Of a stretch of 64,000 bases of DNA, positions 1-12,745 are shown one piece after another. Origin of the DNA: Octopus vulgaris (Eukaryota); contig OX597842.1 in the NCBI GenBank assembly GCA_951406725.2, forward strand, positions 33,480,001 to 33,544,000, read 5' to 3'. The notes beneath the pieces were generated by a model. The model was not told the origin of the DNA, made no database searches, and worked only from the letters and a program-made list of their open reading frames with translations. The translations under genes were made by a program, and so were the position numbers. Numbering within the stretch: position 1 is the stretch's first letter; every line of letters begins with the position of its first letter.

Positions 1-329
1 AGGGATATTGTATTTATATATATATATATATGGTAAGACAGAGATGGAAGAAGAGTTAAGTGCAAGGAGGAAGACGTATGTTTATCTGATTCTAGATTTT
101 GAGACGTTACTCGTGAATTTCTTCTGGTGGACAAAGTTTCATCAGATGACAACATTGGTGAAATATCTCATCGTAACTGTCATCCGACGAAACGTTCCCC
201 AACAGGGAAACTGGGACAAATACCCTCACGGCTAAGGCCCCATTACAAACATATATATATGTTCAAACACACATATATGTACATATTTTTATAGGCATTG
301 TCACACGCCATGATAGATCGTTAGCTCCT

Positions 330-513
330 ACACGCATTTTGTTCTCTCCTTTTTTCTCTCCTTGTTTCTTTTCTGTGTATCTTTCCTGTCGAAGAGCGTA
401 GGCTCGAAACGTAAAAGGCTTTTGCCAATCCTGAGCGCTATACTAAAACATTTGTTTGTTTGTTTGTACTCCACCTGCCTTCGTCTTTTGTTGATTTTCG
501 TAAACTTTCCCTT

Positions 514-516
<3 letters not shown>
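330..516 (+). mobile_element. Penelope-like retroelement terminal-repeat relic with a minimal hammerhead-like motif
   Basis: CTGTCGA-A-GAGC(GTAG)GCTC-GAAAC-GTA at 386-413. Homologous to the reverse-strand copy at 26356-26522 and related to 52460-52660. Ends in a TA/CA microsatellite. Confidence 0.55.
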
Positions 517-550
<34 letters not shown>

Positions 551-552
551 AA

Positions 553-606
<54 letters not shown>

Positions 607-828
607 TAAAAAAATGGAGTTAATGCATGAATTTTTTCCGTGTTAATTGTTAACAAGATAAAAATACACTCATCTATATATATATATATATATATATCCT
701 GTATGCATTTATATGCATGTGCAATCAAGACAAAACTGGAAGCGCATTGTAATCAGTGGTGTATCTGGTGGGCTGGTCGATGGTGGGTCACATACACAAA
801 CACACGCACGTGTGAGTATGTATGTGTC

Positions 829-1173
829 TATATATATATATACACACACACATATATATATATACACACACACACACATATATACACACACACACATATA
901 TATGTACACACACACACACACATATATATACACACACACATATATATACACACACACACATATATATACACACACACATATATATACACACACACATATA
1001 TATACACACACACACATATATATATACACACACACATATATACACACACACACATATATATATACACACACACACATATATATACACACACACACACATA
1101 TATATATACACACACACACACATATATATATACACACACACACACATATATACACACACACACACACATATAT

Positions 1174-1224
<51 letters not shown>

Positions 1225-1263
1225 TATATATACACACACACACACACACACATATATATACAT

Positions 1264-1319
<56 letters not shown>

Positions 1320-1450
1320 CAATATAGACACACACACACGCATATATATATACACACACACATATATGTATATACACATACACACACGCACACACATATA
1401 TATATAAACAATATAGACACACACACACACACACACAGACACACACGCAC
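829..1450. repeat. Compound (TA)n(CA)n microsatellite with roughly 18-24 bp higher-order periodicity
   Basis: Read directly; source of the YI/HT/CV ORF artefacts. Confidence 0.95.
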
Positions 1451-2074
1451 GCATATACTACTGTATGCGTACGCTCACACAGTTCCGCCGCCAGTTTCTT
1501 CGCTTTCCTATGCAAAACAAATACACGCCATATATGAGTGTTTATGCGTGTGTGTGTCCGAAACTGTACGTATTTACGTTTGTGTGTGTGTATGCGTGTG
1601 TGTGTGTGTGTGTGTATGAGCTTGTTGTACACTTGTGCTTCTGTATAAAGTGTGTGCCTTTGTAGAAGAAATATCTGTGCGTGTGTCTTTATTTGTTGTG
1701 TGTGTATGCATTTGTGAGTTTGTTTGCGTAAAAATCTGTCTGTGTTCGCTCTACGTGATTGGACGACATTACTCGGCGTTCGACTAGCGCCGCCTATCCC
1801 GGCTTCTCCTCCACTCGCGCCATATACACACACGTACACGTACGTGTGTGTCACACGCAAGTCGTTTCTGCATCCAGATATTGGCTCATATATATATATA
1901 TATATATGTCTGTGTGTGTGTATCTTTGTATCTGCGTGTGTGTGAGTGTGTGTGTGTTGGTCCTTTCTTCTTTCTATCTCTCTTTATCTCTCGTTTTTTC
2001 TTTTTACAAATTCTCTTTCGTTCGCGCTTTCTCGTTTCACCTCAATTCCTCTTTTTCTCTCCCTCACTTTCTTA

Positions 2075-2112
<38 letters not shown>

Positions 2113-2149
2113 AATTCATTGCCTTTTCTCTTTCACTCTCTGGTTTATG

Positions 2150-2180
<31 letters not shown>

Positions 2181-2598
2181 CTCTTTACTCTTTTACTTGT
2201 TTCAGTCATTTGACTGCGGCCATGCTGGAGCACCGCCTTTTAATCGAGCAAATCGACCCCGGGACTTATTCTTTTTGTAAGCCGAGTACTTATTCTATCG
2301 GTCTCTTTTGCCGAACCGCTAAGTGATGGGGACGTAAACACACCAGCATCGGTTGTCAAGCAATGCTAGGGGGACAAACACAGACACACAAACATATACA
2401 CACACACTTATATATATATATATATACATATATACGACAGGCTTCTTTCAGTTTCCGTCTACCAAATCCACTCACAAGGCATTGGTCGGCCCGAGGCTAT
2501 AGCAGAAGACACTTGCCCAAGATGCCACGCAGTGGGACTGAACCCAGAACCATGTGGTTGGTTAGCAAGCTACTTACCACACAGCCACTCCTGCGTCT
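2181..2598 (-). mobile_element. tRNA-derived SINE family A (CORE-like), full length, followed by an extra 3' tail fragment at 2605-2665
   Basis: On the minus strand: head with A-box (TGGCTGTGTGG) and B-box (GGTTCAGTCCC), a CORE-like CTTGGGCAAGTG segment, a central microsatellite and a 3' tail ending GACTGAAACAAGTAAAAGAGTAAAGAG. Confidence 0.9.
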
Positions 2599-2947
2599 AT
2601 ATATACTCTTTACTCTTTTACTTGTTTCAGTCATTTGACTGCGGCCATGCTGCAGCATCGCCTTTATTTCTTTCATGCATATATACAAGTGTGTGCGTGT
2701 GTGTGTTTATATATGTATATATGTCTGTGTTGTGTGTGTATTGTGTGTGCATTTATATAAAGCGTGCTTCAGTGTGACCGCTGTCCTACGACTGAAATCA
2801 TTAAAAGAATAACAGAATGTGTGTGTGTGTGTGTGTGTGTGTGCACATATTTGTTTACATATATAGATGGACAAGGCAGATAGATAGATAGACAGATAGA
2901 CAGACAGAGAGACAGACAGACAGACAGGTAAATAGATAGATAAATAT

Positions 2948-3032
<85 letters not shown>

Positions 3033-3038
3033 TTGATT

Positions 3039-3070
<32 letters not shown>

Positions 3071-3186
3071 CATACATACATACATACATACATACATACA
3101 TACATACATACATACATACATACATAGAGAGACAGATAGATAGATATAGCTAGACAGATAGACAGACAGATAAAGAGTTAGATATG

Positions 3187-3305
3187 TTTCTTTATTAGTC
3201 ACACAGGGCTGCACACAGACAGGACAAAATTACAAGGTAGAGCTTTTCTTTTGGGATAAAAGAAGGGGGTTTGGTTTTCAATCAAAAGGGATCGTAAATG
3301 GAAAG
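3187..3305 (-). mobile_element. Probable retroposon/LINE 3' UTR fragment resembling the SINE B tail
   Basis: Minus strand ends TTGTCCTGTCTGTGTGCAGCCCTGTGTGACTAATAAAGAAA, similar to the SINE B end TTGTCCCCTCTATGTTTAGCCCCTTGTGGGCAATAAAGAAA. Confidence 0.45.
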
Positions 3306-3337
3306 AAAGAGGACAAAAAAGGGGGGGATAAAATAAT

Positions 3338-3427
<90 letters not shown>

Positions 3428-3785
3428 AGTTACACACACATACACACAAAATATATCTTTATATATTTCCATTACACATCGTTAAGAATCGGCCACGCTG
3501 GAGCACTGCTTGCAAGAGATGAGAAGCGAGTCGTATCGATCCCGCTTGGTATTCATGACTCCAACCCTATCCGGCACCTGTTACATCGATACCCAATACT
3601 CGAAGCGCTTTGTATACGGGACGCAGGGGAGAGAACTGGAACAACACAGGTTTTTTGATCGGTATAAAAACACACACACACACACACAGTTACTTTGCGT
3701 GTTCTCTCTCTCCACACACAGATATGTGTGTATGTATTTATGATTATCACACAACCATTACTCGCACGATAACCAATGTTGGCTC

Positions 3786-3845
<60 letters not shown>

Positions 3846-3922
3846 GATGCTCTTAGCTTAGTTTTTTATTGGGGCTGTCCAGATTGGAGCAATCTTAAGA
3901 TTAATCATCCGAAATTGCGGGG

Positions 3923-4026
3923 ATGATCCGGTTCTTGACCGAAGATTAAAGGCTTCGAATGACCCGTCCGTGTTTTTTGTATCGTCTTCTGGATGTTTTG
4001 CGTTCTTGTCCCATTTTGTGTGTGTA

Positions 4027-4091
<65 letters not shown>

Positions 4092-4204
4092 ATTATTATA
4101 TGTAGAAAAATACAAACTGGGACAAGAACGTAAAACATCCAGAAGACGATACAAAAAACACGGACGGGACATTCGAAGCCTTCAATCTTCAGTCAAGAAC
4201 CGGG

Positions 4205-4208
<4 letters not shown>
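3923..4208. repeat. Inverted pair of a 96-bp interspersed repeat around a (TA)n spacer
   Basis: Arms 3923-4018 and 4113-4208 are near-identical reverse complements. A third copy lies at about 30558-30670. Confidence 0.9.
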
Positions 4209-4302
<94 letters not shown>

Positions 4303-4332
4303 TGCTAGATAGATAGATAGATGGATGGATAT

Positions 4333-4382
<50 letters not shown>

Positions 4383-4387
4383 GGATG

Positions 4388-4467
<80 letters not shown>

Positions 4468-4952
4468 CAAAGGCACGCAGAGAAAGAGAGGCAAAAAGTG
4501 ATGAGAGAGTGAGGTACAGAAAGAGAGAGCAAAATACACACAGAAAGATAGAGAAATAAATATATATATATATATATATACACATCACACGCGCACAGAA
4601 AAATAGAGAGAGAGAGAGAGAGAGAAAGACTGAAAGACAGAGGGAGAGAGAGATACAGAAACAAAAGTGTAATATATATATACAGAGAGAGAGAGAGAGG
4701 TGGGTGAAAGACGATATGTAGAGATATATAAGAAGGCAGCTGATTGGTTGGTAGGGGTAAGAAGCAGACGTTAGCTCCAACCAATCACAACCTTCACCTT
4801 GCTTTTTCTGTCTGTCTTTCTTCGCCCTGCACTCTTTCTTTTTACTTTCTGTTCTCCTCTTTCGCTCTCTCCTTCTTTATACACGTTTTTTTGTTGTTAT
4901 AGTTCTTTCTTTCTTTATTTATTTCTTTATCTACTTCTTTTTCTACAACTTC

Positions 4953-4998
<46 letters not shown>

Positions 4999-5048
4999 GT
5001 CTGTCTATCTGTCTATATACCTATCTATCTATCTATCTATCTATATAC

Positions 5049-5094
<46 letters not shown>

Positions 5095-5247
5095 GTGTAT
5101 CTATCTATCTATCTATATCTATCTATCTATATATCTATCTATCTATCTGTCTGTCTGTCTATATATCTATCTATATACCTATCTATCTATCTATCTATCT
5201 ATCTATATACCTATCTATCTATCTATCTATCTCTCTATCTATCTGTG

Positions 5248-5309
<62 letters not shown>

Positions 5310-5471
5310 ACTATCTATCTATCTATCTACCTATCTATCTATCCATCCATCTATCTACTTACCCATTTAGCCTCTTCCCTATCCTATTTTTTTCTTTCTA
5401 TCTCCTCTCCCGTATCTCTACTTATTCCAGTCATTGGATTGCGACCACGCTGGAGCAGACAAATCAACCAT

Positions 5472-5502
<31 letters not shown>

Positions 5503-6169
5503 CACACATGTATATATTGAAGTCTATCGCATCGATCTAATAATATTTCAATCTCACACTTATTTGATCGATTTCCATTTATCGAACCGCTATAGACTCA
5601 GCAGATAAAGAGACGACGTACACAACACTGCTTTCTAATCCACGTAAACACACACACAGACGGTTTGACTGATGGTTCTCCGTCGCTTTCGACGAGAAAG
5701 ATTCAGCAGTTTACTTTCACTGAATTATCTGCCCTTTAATTAAGGCATAAGCCACCGATTATCCCCCCCCACACACACACACATACACTTGTACCCTTAA
5801 TATAGTTCCCGGGTAGAATTAGTGTGACACAGGGTGTGACTGTGACAAGGGCTGTACCTGTTGAATCATGGGTGGAATCCACCCGATGAGATTCAGTACA
5901 GTTTCCGTCTGCAGAATGTCAATCACGTGGAACAGAAATCACGCATGATTGCAAAAAAAAAAATGACGCTTTACCAAGATACCATGCACTAAGATCGAAC
6001 CCGTGACCTCGACCATACAGTAAATATATTCTTTTATCCTTTTACTCTTGTTTCAGTCATTGGACTGCGGCCATGCTGGAACATCGCCCTAAATGGAGCT
6101 TTAGTGGAAGAAATCGACCCCCAGAACATAGTCTTCGTAAGCCTAGTACTTATTCTATCGGTCTTCTTT

Positions 6170-6209
<40 letters not shown>

Positions 6210-6339
6210 GCCCACTCCACCACCGCTGGACGTATGGTACTGGTATGTTAACGTCCCAGTAACTTAGCAATTCAGCAAAAGTAACCGATAGAATAAGCTC
6301 TAGGCTTACATAGACTAACTCCAGGACTTTCAGAAACAC

Positions 6340-6616
6340 TGATTTAACCTAAATTTGAGACACCAGGAAAAGAAGAAATAAAGATAGACTTTTTTTCTAT
6401 TCCAAAGAAAAACGATTTTATTGCGAGTACAAATGCACGTTCCCACGGCTTTATCGATCGCATTCTCACCTGGAATCGATTTTTGAAACTTTTTCAAGAC
6501 TTATACACGCCCTGATACCGTCGGTATCTACATATCAAATTTGAGCGCAATTGGATGGAGGATGCACGAGATCCTAGAAGACACACAGACAGACAGACAG
6601 AACGGATTTTATATAA
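6340..6616 (-). mobile_element. Helitron-like 5' portion, 3'-truncated
   Basis: Minus strand starts TATATAAAATCCGTT(CTGT)n...CCAATTGCGCTCAAATTTG, resembling the 5' end of the neighbouring Helitron. No CTAG terminus found. Confidence 0.45.
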
Positions 6617-6634
6617 TATATATATATATATATA

Positions 6635-7012
6635 TCTCTATATATAAACGGCAGTTTGTCTGTGCGTGTTTCTGTGTGTGTTTCTTGTACCCTCACCCTG
6701 ACCACGGCTTTCAACCGATTCTGATGAAACTTGACACACACATAGCCCAATGTCATAATTCAAAACTAACGCAGCGAAAATTTTGAAAAGTTCCCCCAGT
6801 TCTGAAAAAAATCGATAAATTCGACATGGGGTCGAGAATCAGAAACCCAAACCACAGACCGTCTAGGGGACGCAACTCCACCTTTTTTAACTCTCAAAAA
6901 AATTTACCATCATTTTTTTCCATTTTTTTGCTATTTTTTGGCTATAACTCTCTAAAAATGCTTTATAGTTATTTCCCTTACAAACCTGAGCAACGCCGGG
7001 CGATACTGCTAG
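6635..7012 (+). mobile_element. Non-autonomous Helitron
   Basis: 5' TCTCTATATATAAA; 3' hairpin CCTGAGCAACGCCGGG followed by CGATACTGCTAG; inserted between A and T with no TSD. Confidence 0.85.
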
Positions 7013-7029
7013 TATATATATATATATAT

Positions 7030-7165
7030 TTATACACACACCACACGCACGTTAAGTGCATGCGTGTCTGTGGAGTGCTCTGCCACTTTGCACGTGAATT
7101 TCACGGGCTGGCTCTTCCGTTGGTCGGTTCAGCGAGAAGACTCGTCGTCGCAACCGACGGAATGC
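7030..7165 (+). mobile_element. SINE family C 3' fragment (diverged)
   Basis: CGTGTCTGTGGAGTGCTC...CGTCGTCGCAACCGACGGAATGC matches the 3' part of the copy at 62199-62583. Confidence 0.7.
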
Positions 7166-7395
7166 AAGGTTTTTTCTTCTCTTTTTACACACATGATAAA
7201 TGTATACAGGTTACATTAGAAATTATCAAAGGGAGAGACAATTAGTAGCACTTCCCGCCCGCCCCCCGTCTAGCTACCCACTCTCCCCCCACTTCACTAA
7301 TTGGCTCCCTAAAATAATAATAAACAGCCTTTTTGATTTTTTTAATTAGATCGGGCGGAGTTTCCACCTCCACCAACAACCGTTAGGCTAATCGA

Positions 7396-7440
<45 letters not shown>

Positions 7441-7534
7441 TATTATTATTATTATTATTATTATTATGATAATAATGGTTTCAAGTGGGTACAAGGATTC
7501 TAATGGGTACAACAAGGTAGAAAGGAGTTTCTAG

Positions 7535-8133
7535 ATTAAATCTACCCCAGTATATCACTGCTACTTTATTTTATCCACCCCACAACAATGAAAGGTAAAC
7601 TTAGCGTTAGTCTTCTATTATAATTCCATTGACATCTTGGATGTTTCATAGGAATATTAAATCTACCCCAGTATATCACTGCTACTTTATTTTATCAACC
7701 CCACAACAATGAAAGGTAAAGTTAGTGTTAGTCTTCTATTATAATTCCATTGACATCTCGGATGTTTTATAGGAATATTAAATCTACCCCAGTATATCAC
7801 TGCTACTTTATTTTATCAACCCCACAACAATGAAAGGTAAAGTTAGTGTTAGTCTTCTATTATAATTCCATTGACATCTCGGATGTTTTATAGGAATATT
7901 AAATCTACCCCAGTATATCACTGCTACTTTATTTTATCAACCCCACAACAATGAAAGGTAAAGTTAGTGTTAGTCTTCTATTATAATTCCATTGACATCT
8001 CGGATGTTTTATAGGAATATTAAATCTACCCCAGTATATCACTGCTACTTTATTTTATCAACCCCACAACAATAAAAGGTAAAGTTAGTGTTAGTCTTCT
8101 ATTATAATTCCATTGACATCTGAGATGTTTTAT
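7535..8133 (+). repeat. 121-bp tandem satellite, about 5 copies
   Basis: TCTACCCCAG recurs at 7541, 7662, 7783, 7904 and 8025. Confidence 0.97.
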
Positions 8134-8134
8134 T

Positions 8135-8600
8135 CTGGCATAGTGTATCTAGAACTGTCTAATCTAATGTTTTAAACAGAATCATTATTAATGGTAGTAT
8201 TCGTTGATATAATTGCTGCTGCTGCTGTTTAACCACAGGTCAGGTTTGATCCAGAAGATGACCAATGTCCCAATTGTGAGAAACCCAACTTTTATTTAGG
8301 CATAGTGTATCTAGGACTATATTATCTAATGTATAGTACAGGAGTTTCTATTGGTAGCTATAGTTCTTGCTAAGCCCCAGATCAGTCCTGATCCAAACAG
8401 ACCTATGATTAAAGACATTCCAGCTGTGACCATCCCATCTTTTATTCAGGCATAGTGTATCTAGGACTACATTATCTAATGTATAGTATAGTAGTTAGCA
8501 TTAGTGGTTATAGTTACTGCTGTTGTTTAGCACCAGGTCAGTCTTGATCCAGACAGACAGACCTATGATCAAAATGTATTCAAGATATGACCACCACGTA
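8135..8600. repeat. Degenerate tandem repeat of about 150-160 bp, about 3 copies
   Basis: GGCATAGTGTATCTAG at 8137, 8299 and 8449. The same family occurs at 58198-58542. Confidence 0.85.
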
Positions 8601-8871
8601 AAACTCTTACATTTTATTCCAACATTTTTTTCACTAGAGAAATCTGAGATGAAAATTCTTCAAACATTACAATGCACTTAAGATGATGCAAATCTGCGGC
8701 CCTTAACTGCGGCCCTTACTGATTTTCTCTCTATAAATCTAATAGATTTTTCTTTAACTGACTCGCGTTTTGTTTTGTACGGTGCGGCCCACATCCTGCC
8801 AAAATCCAGATTCCGAATCTGGGCCCTGATATTAAATAGCAGACAGATACAAAGAATTCTGTGTGTATATA

Positions 8872-8947
<76 letters not shown>

Positions 8948-9227
8948 TGTGTGTGTGTTTGTGTTTGATTCTAGTTGGAAGTTTGATTCTCCACGACACT
9001 GGGTCGAGGAGGTAGTAAAGCGATTTGGGGTCAAGACACAAAAAAATGGCGCAATTAAGCCTGAATTGGAAGGGCATTGTGACCAGCGGTGTTTAACTGC
9101 ATCGATGGTCTTGCCCGATACTGTGATATATATATGTGTGTGTGCGTGTGTGTATGTGTACATATGTGGCTATATATTAGAGTATACACACACATATATA
9201 TATATGCCCATAGCACCATGTGTTTAG

Positions 9228-9266
<39 letters not shown>

Positions 9267-9267
<1 letters not shown>

Positions 9268-9431
9268 GCGCAGGAGTGGCTATGAGGTAAGTAGCTTGCT
9301 TACCAACCACATGGTTCCGGGTTCAGTCCCACTGTGTGGCATCTTGGGCAAGTGTCTTCTACTATAGCCCCGGGCCGACCAAAGCCTCGCGAGTGGATTT
9401 GGTAGACGGAAACTGAAAGAAGCTTGTCGTA

Positions 9432-9511
<80 letters not shown>

Positions 9512-9714
9512 TATGTGTGTTTGTCCCCCTAGCATTGCTTGACAACCGACGCTGGTGTGTTTACGTCCCCGTCACTTAGCGCTTCGGCAAAAGAGACCGA
9601 TAGGATAAGTACTGGGCTTACAAAATAATAAGTCCCGGGGTCGATTTGCTCGACTAAAAGCGGTGCTCCAGCATGGCCGCAGTCAAATGACTGAAACAAG
9701 TAAAAGAGTAAAAG

Positions 9715-9715
<1 letters not shown>
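9267..9715 (+). mobile_element. SINE family A, full length
   Basis: GGCGCAGGAGTGGC head, B-box GGTTCAGTCCC, central (TA)/(TG) tract, GTAAAAGA tail. Confidence 0.92.
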
Positions 9716-9786
<71 letters not shown>

Positions 9787-10906
9787 CAACGTATCTATGT
9801 ACGTATACAAACATACATACGCATTTACATTCACTTATGAGAAAAAAATCACATTCCACTACACACACAAACACACACATACACACACAAACACACACAT
9901 ACACACACATTAAGACACTAAATAGAAAATTCAACATACAACCCCCAAAAACTTATATTAACACAAGCATATATATACATACATACTCACATACACACAC
10001 GCCTGTATGTTAAGCGAAGTTTCATTCGCCAGTGATAAAAGCTAGGGCGATATGGTGTCGCAGATAATACGGTGCCAGGCACCATAATATTCCTGGTTCT
10101 GCTCTGGTATTAAGTTCCTGGCTGTCTTGTTTCGCGTCAGATTTTGGTAAATAGGAATTGAGCTGAGCGATGCTTTCAAAAATTTCTCCAGCTTTCACTG
10201 GGCTTCAGAGCTTTGATGTTCGTACATACATGTGTGTATGCATGTGTGTATGTGTGTATGTATGTATGTATGTATTGTATGTGTGTGTGTATGTATGTAT
10301 GTATTGTATGTGTGTGTGTATGTATGTATGTATGTATGTATGTATGTATGTATTGTATGTGTGTGTGTATGTATGTATTGTATGTGTGTGTGTATGTATG
10401 TATTGTATGTGTGTATGTATGTATGTATGTATGTATGTGTGTGTGTATGTATGTATGTGTGTGTGTATGTATGTATGTATGTATTGTATGTGTGTATGTA
10501 TGTATGTATGTATGTAATTATGCACGTCTCTATGTATGTATCTATTATGTATGTATGTATGTATATATGTATGTATGTGTATATGTATGTATGTGTGTAT
10601 GTATGTATGTATGTGTGTATGTACGGATAAATGTGTTTTTAGGTATGTTTGTCTGTGTATATATGTGTATGCATATACATACATACATACATACATATAT
10701 ATATATATACACACTTATGAATGTATATGTATATATACATATATATATAATACATATATATATATTCCTACACAATCAAACTAACAGAGACATACACATA
10801 TTCTTATACACACACACGTGTATACATACATTACAATATATGCTTAGAATAGGCAATATATATAAAATAAAAATATACTTGTAGAAAAAAGCTAGGCTTA
10901 TGTATA

Positions 10907-10944
<38 letters not shown>

Positions 10945-11288
10945 GTATGTGGAATCAGTGATGCTTATAACAGATAGTGTATAAGAATATATATACATGC
11001 ACATAGAGGGATAAATACGTGTATATATATATATATATATATATATAATCTTCATAGACATGTATCAAACATTATTGACACAAATATTGATATATTTTCC
11101 AGCAATTTATACAAGTATTAAACAAATTACAAATGTACACGTGTGTATATATATGCATATATATATATATATATATATGCACGAAATGAAATGAATTATA
11201 CGTGCATATAATATATATATCTACAAAAACATATGTTCATACAAAGACACACAGACATTTATATACATATATATATACATTTATGTAC

Positions 11289-11341
<53 letters not shown>

Positions 11342-11824
11342 GACTCACACGCTGCAATTTTCCTCGAGATAATGGTGCCACAAAACGGTCACGGACGAAT
11401 GAGAGAAACCATTATCGTAATCAAAGAATATATGTATGTATGTATATTTATATACACACAGACAGCCATTTATATAGCCATATGTATATCCATACATCAA
11501 GGCAGATACAAAGATGGTTCTGTCATATACCTATTCTGCAATAAATATTAAGCCATATAATCCTAGAACTCTGTAAAATTCCACCAGATTTTGGAAATTT
11601 AGATTTAATACCATTTAAATTCAATCCTTGCCAATCTTCTCGGCCCCTGTGACACACAGTACCAGTTATACCTTGAGGGTTTTCGAAAGTTCAGTTATAT
11701 CGGTCAGCTTGCAAGATTTACTCGCATTTTATCAAATCATTATTATTACTTCTCACAAGGCGGTGCCCCAGACTGACCGCAAATCATGTACTTTTTCTTA
11801 TGCATTCTAACTGCCTTCATTTTT

Positions 11825-12238
11825 TGGTTTGTTCCAGGCATTAGACTGCGGCCATGCTGGGGCCACCACCTTGAAGAATTTTCAATCGAACGAATCGACC
11901 CTAAAGCATTTTATTTTGTAAAGCCTGGCGCTTATTCTATCGGTGTCTTTTACCGAACCGCTAAGTTACGAGGACGTCAACATACCAACACCGATTCTCA
12001 AGCGACGGTAGGGGGTAGACAAACACAGACACAAAGAAACACACAGACAGATATATATATATATATATATACGCAACAGGCTTCTTCCAGTTTCTGTCTC
12101 CCGAAAGCACTCATTAAGCTTTGGCCGACCTGGGGCTATATTAAAAAACAGTTACCCATGGTGCCACGCAGTAGGAATGAACCCGGAACCATATGATTGG
12201 CATGCAACCTTCTTACCACACAGCTACTCCTCTGCCTA
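11825..12238 (-). mobile_element. SINE family A, diverged
   Basis: Colinear with family A but with many substitutions. Confidence 0.8.
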
Positions 12239-12449
12239 TATCTTATCTGCTTAGCAAATTTCTAGGAACATTCGAGAAGGTATTGAAAACTGCTTGGATT
12301 TGAAACCTAAACTCTTACCGTGAAATTATTACACTCTTCATCTCAGTAATTCTAAACTAGGGTCCTTATGACCCTTAGGGGCCTATAATTTTTTAGGCAC
12401 AATAGGCGCAGGAGTGGCTGTGTGGTAAGAAGTTAATAAATATGTACTA

Positions 12450-12660
12450 TACTCTTTACTCTTTTACTTGTTTCAGTCATTTGACTGTGGCCATGCTGGA
12501 GCACCGCCTTTAGTCGAGCAAATCGACCCCGGGACTTATTCTTTGTAACCCCCGTACTTATCCTATCGGTCTCTTTTTGCCGAACCGCTAAGTGTCGGGG
12601 ACGTAAACACACCAGCATCGGTTGTCAAGCAATGCTAGGGGGACAAACACAGACACACAA

Positions 12661-12709
<49 letters not shown>

Positions 12710-12710
12710 T

Positions 12711-12745
<35 letters not shown>

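Noticed and set aside
136-193. 16-bp imperfect inverted repeat GTTTCATCAGATGACA / TGTCATCCGACGAAAC
   Set aside because: Short, two mismatches, single occurrence; cannot be assigned.
640-1860. Long ORFs of 200-383 aa on both strands
   Set aside because: Translations of TA/CA dinucleotide repeats that lack stop codons; the same applies to most of the ORF track.
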